A DNA stretch of 64,000 nucleotides from the human T2T-CHM13v2.0 reference genome, Homo sapiens: the NCBI RefSeq assembly GCF_009914755.1, contig NC_060947.1. One strand, given 5' to 3'. The position numbers and the translations under genes are program-made. Positions 51,055 to 64,000 of this stretch are shown in pieces. The notes under the pieces were generated by a model. It was not told where the DNA came from. It made no database searches and was given only the letters and a program-made list of their open reading frames with translations. Every line of letters starts with the position of its first letter. Position 1 is the stretch's first letter.

Positions 51055-51295
51055 ATAATAACATCTTAACATTGATAAGTGCCAGGTACCGCACTAAGTT
51101 CTTTATTCATTTAGTTCTCACAACAACCTTATAAGGTGGACATTATCGTGTCCCCATTTTAGAGATGGTTCAACTGAGGCACAGAAAGGTTAAATGATTT
51201 GCCTAGGTTCTCCACAGACACTAACTAATAGAGTTGGGATTTGAATCCAGGCAGTGTGGCTCCAGAGGCCAAGCCTTTAACCACTATGCAATACT
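51055..51295 (+). mobile_element. MIR SINE
   Basis: cccattttagagatgg...actgaggcacagaaaggttaaatgatttgcc...gggatttgaatccaggcagtgtggctccagag. Confidence 0.85.
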
Positions 51296-51749
51296 CCCTT
51301 TTTAGAACAGGGTGTTTGCACACAGAGGATGATTCATATACAAGTCTGCCTTCCTGCCTGCCTGCCCTCTGACTTCTTTTGGTAGTACCAGAGCAGAATG
51401 AGCTTCCGAAAAGGCATCTGTACACATTCTTGGTGCCAGGGCCTAGCATGGGGTGTGGTGGGGAAGGGGGATTTGGTGGAAGATGACCACTGTACCTGAT
51501 AAACTTCCTACAGAAATCCTTTCCACACTAGGCAAGTGAACTCAGAACTCTCACTTTTCCCAGTTCTCCACTTGGCTATAGCCCTTCTCCTTGGGATTTT
51601 CTCTAAGCATAACTCAAATAACAACCTTATTGACCTTAAAAAATATTGACCTTAAAAAGCCATCCTTAGCCTTTAAGTACAATTAAAATCAAAGAGAGCT
51701 TTGAGGTCCCCTAGTCCACTCCACCCATCATTTCACAGGATGAAATTTT

Positions 51750-58310
<6,561 letters not shown>

Positions 58311-58393
58311 TTTTGTTTTTTTGGGGTCTTTTTTGAGATTGGGCCTCACTCTGTTAACAAAGATGGAATGCAGTGGTGTGATCATGGTTCACT
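58311..58393 (-). mobile_element. Alu 3' fragment (AluJ-like)
   Basis: ttttgagattgggcctcactctgtt...ggaatgcagtggtgtgatcatggttcact. Confidence 0.75.
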
Positions 58394-58399
58394 AAAATT

Positions 58400-58572
58400 T
58401 CATAAATAAAATTTTATTGGAACACAACCACATTCATTTGTTTCTGTATTTTCTATGGCTGCTTTTGTGCTACAAAAGCAGAATGAGTAGTCGTGATAGA
58501 AACTGCATGGATCTCCAAAGCCTAAAACATGCACTATCTGGCCTTTTATTTAAAAAGTTTGCTGACCCCTGT
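58400..58572 (+). mobile_element. MER58-like hAT-Charlie DNA transposon fragment
   Basis: taaataaaattttattggaacacaaccac...tatctggcc...aaaagtttgctgacccctg. Confidence 0.8.
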
Positions 58573-59079
58573 TGTAAGTAACATTTTGCATATATAGTCC
58601 TCTACATTATACCATACACTTTTACATCCCTCTAGAATGGGTATCCATTTTAGAAGGCTCCATTTTACATATGGGCACAATGGGATTCAGAAGGTGAACT
58701 GGTTTTTATGACTCAGAAGTATTTTGCACATGGGTAGGATATTACAATGGAAACATTTTTCATGAACCCAGTCAAACGCTCCTGCTCCCACAGGCAGTGA
58801 GTGACAGAGGTAGGACAAGAACACTGGGTATCTGGTGCCAAGTCCAATGCCCACTGTCCTGCACCTGACTCCTTCCTTAGGAGCTTTAGGTGGACTAATA
58901 AAAGACATGTGTTTCATTGCTAATTCCTACCTAGGTACTACTGCACGATACAATAATTGTTTGGGTCAGCAGACACTAATTCCCAGGCTCACTGGAATCT
59001 GAACACACTTCTCCTAAATATCAAGCAGTCTTGCAATCAGCTTTCTGTGACATATGGTTGTTAAATGAGATAATGCCTA

Positions 59080-59610
59080 ACACAATAAAAGTAGTGATGA
59101 CTAATATTTCTTAGCACTTACTTTGAACCAAGCATTGGGCTAAGCACTTTCTTTATATGTATAGCACTTTCTTTATATGTATAATCTTATTAATCCTCAT
59201 CACGCAGCTAGAAAGTATTATGATCCCCATTTTAAATGTGGCAAAGAAGGTAGAGGTGGCTTGCCCAAGGCTACACTTAGTGCTAAGATTTCAACAAGGT
59301 CTTTTTAATGTCAGAGCCTGTGTTCTTTAACTACTGCCCCTGTAAGGATAACACAGTTTCTGGCACATCATACTACTCAATCAGCAATTCCTATGATTGT
59401 TTTTTAATTTTCTTTATCAGTTTCTACCAATTATTGAATGCTTGCTACATAGCAGGCATTGTGCTGTGTACTTTCTTAAGTGTTAATCAGTTAACCTTCA
59501 CCACCACACACTGACGTTTGTACTATTATTATCTCCATTTTGCAACTGAGGAAGCTGAGGTGCAGAGAGACTAAGAAAATTGCCAAAAGTCACACAGCTA
59601 GTAGATAGAT
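59080..59610 (+). mobile_element. Cluster of MIR fragments
   Basis: ccccattttaaatg...ttgcccaaggctacac; ctccattttgcaactgaggaagctgagg...gtcacacagctagta. Confidence 0.7.
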
Positions 59611-61889
59611 GCTTGGTACTAACGATGTGTTTTGTACTCTGGGCATGGGGAATGGATGAGTGTCTCAGCATCTTTTTCACTGGATGCAGGCCTGGAGTCT
59701 AGAAAGCCACCTAGCTGTCCATGTGCCCTCCAACTCTACCTCACCAACTGCAGACCGAGTGTATAAGGGAAAGAGAATGGGTTTTGGAGTCAGTGAGAAC
59801 CATTCTCTTGAATGGTTCTGGTAATGGCCAGAACAAAGTCAAAAGCCCTGAGAACACATAGAACTTGACCTCAGCCGGAAGTATGGTTAAAAACATAAAC
59901 CAAATGGGGGCTCCACTGAAGATGTGGCCAAAGGTCTCCACCAGACCCTTCACCAGAAAGAAAGCAAGACTGAAAGGCTGTAGGTGCAGGTGGCTGGTTT
60001 GTCCTTTCTAATTGTTTTGCCTGTCTTGAAGTCTTGCCAAATGCTGGACTTTCTCCTAGCTATCCTGCTACCCAGGGCACAAGTAGTTGCACATTTAGTC
60101 ATTTCGTATCTGAAATCTAATAGTGTTTTGGAAAACAATAATAGAATGTCAGAGTTAGAACTCATCTGGTCTAATCCCTCATTTAATATGGGAAAATTGA
60201 GGACCCAAGAGATTAAGTTCCTTAACCACATTCATCTAGAGAATTGGAAGCACAGAAGTCATCAGGAAAAGGCTAATTTGAATTAAATGTAGCTTGTTTA
60301 AGAAGGCAGGGAATTGTGTAATGCATATTTAGATAGGTTTCCATATAAGCAAGAGTTAAATGTTCTGAAATCTTTAGCACTAAATTTGGTCTACGTTAGC
60401 TACCTGGACAACTCATCTCTATGGAATGCCTCATTCCACTAAATTTTTGAAGAAATGAGACATAGCTTTATATAGGTTTTTCACATATAAAAAGATTTAA
60501 CCCCAAATATTTGTACTATTAAACATCCAGTTACCTTATAAAACTGATATGTTAAGTAATTGCCCCCAAATTCAGGGCTGAATCTGGTTTAGCCCTTGTA
60601 TCTTGACAAGTACCTGCTTTAAGTCAATTTGGCAATAAAATAACTGATAAATCCTCTGATTTCCTGAATTAGTTTCAAAATTAATCACTGCTTCTAGATG
60701 TCTTGGGTGCACCATCAACAACTGAAACCAATATCTCAGGATGGGCTGTGAATAATGTGAATATTACGTGAATGTCAAGAAACAAATAGGCGATCTTTTC
60801 AGGGGAAAATATTAAGTAAAGCTGCTTGGCTTAGTTATTAAAATTGTGAGTGAAATCCACTAGATTTCAATCAAATCTAGACCTCAGCACCCAGAATCTA
60901 AGTGCCCAATATAGCCCTGTCAGAATTTGGACAGTGAGACTAAAGCAACCATAGTCCTCGTGTCACCTTTTTAGTCCTTTGTCTGGTTTTCATGGAAATG
61001 TGGTGAGGAGGAGAACATTCTGGGTGTGTCCACTATTAGCAGATGCTGACAGATAGGGCCCCAATGGGAGAAACAAGAGGTGAAGGGAGGTGCGGAATTC
61101 CGGGAGATGACAAAAAAAAGGAGGACTCAGTACTTAATGGAACAAAAACAACTTTTATAGTAAATTTTAAACAAGGATAAATGTTCTTAAACTGCATTGG
61201 GTATTATTGAGGGTGGTCACAAAGAAGACTTGGAGAAGTAATGAGATGATCTGAGGCACTGAAATAGGAGGATCTTCTCCAAAGGGAGAGGCTTACTCTC
61301 ACCTCTTGGAGTCTCTGTTTTCCCATCTAGAGCTTGGTAATAACTAATGTCATTTTACCTTACTTCAGGAGGATGGTGTATAGCTAACAGAGAGGATCCT
61401 TCAAAGGACATTTTCCCCTTCAATGTAAAGGTGTTCTAGAAATTTAAGTGATTATAATTGTAACTACTACACTTGAATCACTATTTCAGTGGATATTTTC
61501 AAATATCTGTCACTAGAGCTCTGATGTTACTACTAAGGCAATTGACAAGTTACTTCTACCCTTCACCACATAGCATCAAGGCAAAGCAGCAGCTTCTGCT
61601 TATACTGGATACCTTGCATCTATACCATTTTATTTAATTTCCACAACAATACCCACTTAGCAGAGGAGGAAACTGAGGGTGAGAGGTTGTGACTTGCCTC
61701 AGGTCTCAGAAAAACAAGCCAATGGTAAAGCTTTGTCTAAAATACACATCTGTTAAGTCCCAGATCAAATTCCCTTCTCTTACACTTTTCAGGTCCCTGT
61801 TTGAGGGTGAAAAGAGACAAGGAAGTAAATTCCAGAAAGAACTCCTACCATATCTAGCCATTCAGGGACCATTCAAGCTACCAATTTCT

Positions 61890-62360
61890 TCTTGAGTAAA
61901 CTTTGGTAGTTTGTACTTTCAAAGAGAATACCATTTTCATCAAAGTTGTCAAATCTATTGGCATAAAGTTGTTCCTAACATTTTATTTTTTTAAATATGT
62001 ATAGCATCTGTAGTGATGTTATCGCTCTTGTTTCTGATATTGGTAATTTGTGTCTTCCCTCTTTTGTTCTTGGCTGTTCTGGCTAGAGGCTAATGTTATT
62101 GATTTTCTCAAAGAGTCAGCTTTTGGTTTTATTAATTTTCCTCCACTGTTTTTCTGTTTTGTATTTCATTTACTTCCACTCTGATATTTCCTATTTTTTT
62201 CTTCAGCTTACTTAGGGTTTACTTTGCTCTTCTTTTTCTGGTCTCCTACAGTGAAGTCTAAGGTCATTAACATGACCTTTCTTCTTTTATAATAAAGGGA
62301 TTTAGTACTATAAATTTCCCTGATAAAAGTGCTTTAACTGTATACCACAAAATGTTATAT
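61890..62360 (-). mobile_element. Old L1 ORF2 fragment
   Basis: T-rich reverse L1: tggctagagg...ttattgattttctcaaagagtcagcttttggtttt...ctataaatttccct. Confidence 0.8.
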
Positions 62361-62369
62361 TCTACCTAT

Positions 62370-62690
62370 TCTTTAATTCAATAAAAATATCTTAGACATT
62401 TCCTATGTTCCAGGCACTATGATAGGTGCTGGAGATAGATTAGTGAATAAGAAAAGGTCCTTACTCTTATGAATCTGACATACCATCCCAGTGGGGAGAG
62501 ATAGATGATAACAGATAAATAAGTAACACGACAATTTCAGCTAGAGGTAAAGTGCCTCTGCAAGCAATCAATAAACTGCTGGGAGTGAGGAGGCAGTTCT
62601 AGAGGGCCATGAAAGGATTTTCTGAGGAAGTGACATCTGAGCTGACAGCTACATGATATGAAGGAGCCAGATAGGTCAACATCTGGGCCC
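62370..62690 (+). mobile_element. L2 LINE fragment
   Basis: tatgttccaggcactatgataggtgctggagata...tctgaggaagtgacatctgagctga. Confidence 0.75.
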
Positions 62691-62869
62691 AGAGAACATT
62701 GCTAATGTGATTCTACTGGCATGTGAAGCTCAATGGTATATGGGGTTCAAGGGATTTGTGGGATGATCATGGAAATATATATGAAAATCAGGTGGCAGTA
62801 GGAGACAATGAGCTTTATTTGGGTGGCTCTTTGACAGGCTATATGATAAGGAAAGTCTTTCATGGCAAA

Positions 62870-63460
62870 AGAAATTCCACAGCCACTTAGGGGTATATAT
62901 CCAATAGAAATGGAATGAGGATCTTGAAGATATATCTGCACTCCAATGTTCACTGTAGCATTATTTGCAATAGCCAATGTATAGAAATAATCAAAGTATC
63001 CATCAGTGGATGAATGGATAAAGAAATCGTGGTACATATATAGAAAGGAATATTATTCAGTCATTGAAGAAAATAATTCTGCTTTTTGCTACATGTATTA
63101 ACCTGGAGGGCATTATGCTAAGTGAAATAAACCCGAAACAGAAAGACAAATACTGTAACATCTCACTTACATGTGCAATCTGAAAAAGTCAAAGTCATGG
63201 AACCATAGAATTGAATGGTGGTTGTCAGGGACTGTGGTGGTAGAGATGGGGAGATGTTGATCAAAGGGTACAAGTTTTCAGTTATAGGATGAACAAGCTC
63301 TGGAGTTCTAACGTATAGCATGAGTGGTGATGGACATGTTAATTTGATTGTGGTAATCATCACACAATGTATATGCATACTAAATCAGCCTATTGCACAT
63401 CCTGAATATTTTCAATGTTTATTTAACAATTAAATTTTTTTAAAAAATTAAAGTTATCTG
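62870..63460 (+). mobile_element. L1MA/MB-like 3' end
   Basis: gtggatgaatggataaagaaatcgtgg...atgctaagtgaaataa...gggtacaagttttcagttataggatgaa. Confidence 0.85.
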
Positions 63461-63469
63461 AAAGGAATT

Positions 63470-64000
63470 TAAAAATAAAGTGTGTAATTCAATGGTTATT
63501 AGTATAGTCACAGACATGTGCAACCATTACCACAGAATATTTTCATCACCTTAAAAAGATACCTCATACCTTGTATCTATCACCCCTTTGCCCACCACCC
63601 CAGATCTCCCCAATGTTGTTAAGCAACCAATTTTTTACTTTATATCTCTACACATTTCCCCTGTTCTGGATATTTCTTATAAATGGAATAATATACTACA
63701 TGGCTTTTTGTGATTATTTTCATTTCACACAATATTTTCAAGATTTGTCCATGTTATAGCACGTATCTGGTACTTTATGACTTTTCATGGATAAATAATA
63801 TTCATTTTTATGGGTGTAACACATTTTGTTTATTCATCAGTTTATGGATATTTGGGTTGTTTCCATCCTTTGGCTATTGTAAAAGGTGAAACATTTATAC
63901 AATCTGAAGATAAACCAGAGTATTGACTATTGTAAATAATGCTGCTGTAAACATTCATGTATGGGTATTTGTGTGGACATATGTTTTCATTTATCTTGCC
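63470..64000 (-). mobile_element. Old L1 (L1MB/ME-like) 3' end
   Basis: gtgcaaccattaccac...atggaataatatacta...ttgggttgtttcca...aatgctgctgtaaacattcatg. Confidence 0.8.

Noticed and set aside
59740-61400. Minus-strand donor-like sites (~59745, ~61302, ~61363) as the missing first exon or promoter
   Set aside because: No CpG island or frame constraint to discriminate them from chance GT motifs.

Overview
Primate (hominoid-like: AluY and L1PA2/3-type elements) genomic DNA with no intact host protein-coding gene. Bases 1-24.5 kb are a deeply nested LINE-1/Alu pile. It includes a 5'-intact, 3'-truncated, tail-less antisense L1 with a target-site duplication (TSD), and an Alu plus a full-length L1 inside one TSD. 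Bases 24.5-51.7 kb are L1-poor and MIR/LTR-rich. They hide an apparent 8-exon minus-strand gene relic (49668 to ~25480): splice phases chain consistently, it has a Kozak ATG and AATAAA, and it reconstructs to ~720 codons with stops, frameshifts and one mutated acceptor. I cannot assign it to a named family; it may be a unitary pseudogene. Bases 51.7-64 kb are again mostly L1/MIR/L2. Repeat subfamily calls are by eye, not RepeatMasker output.
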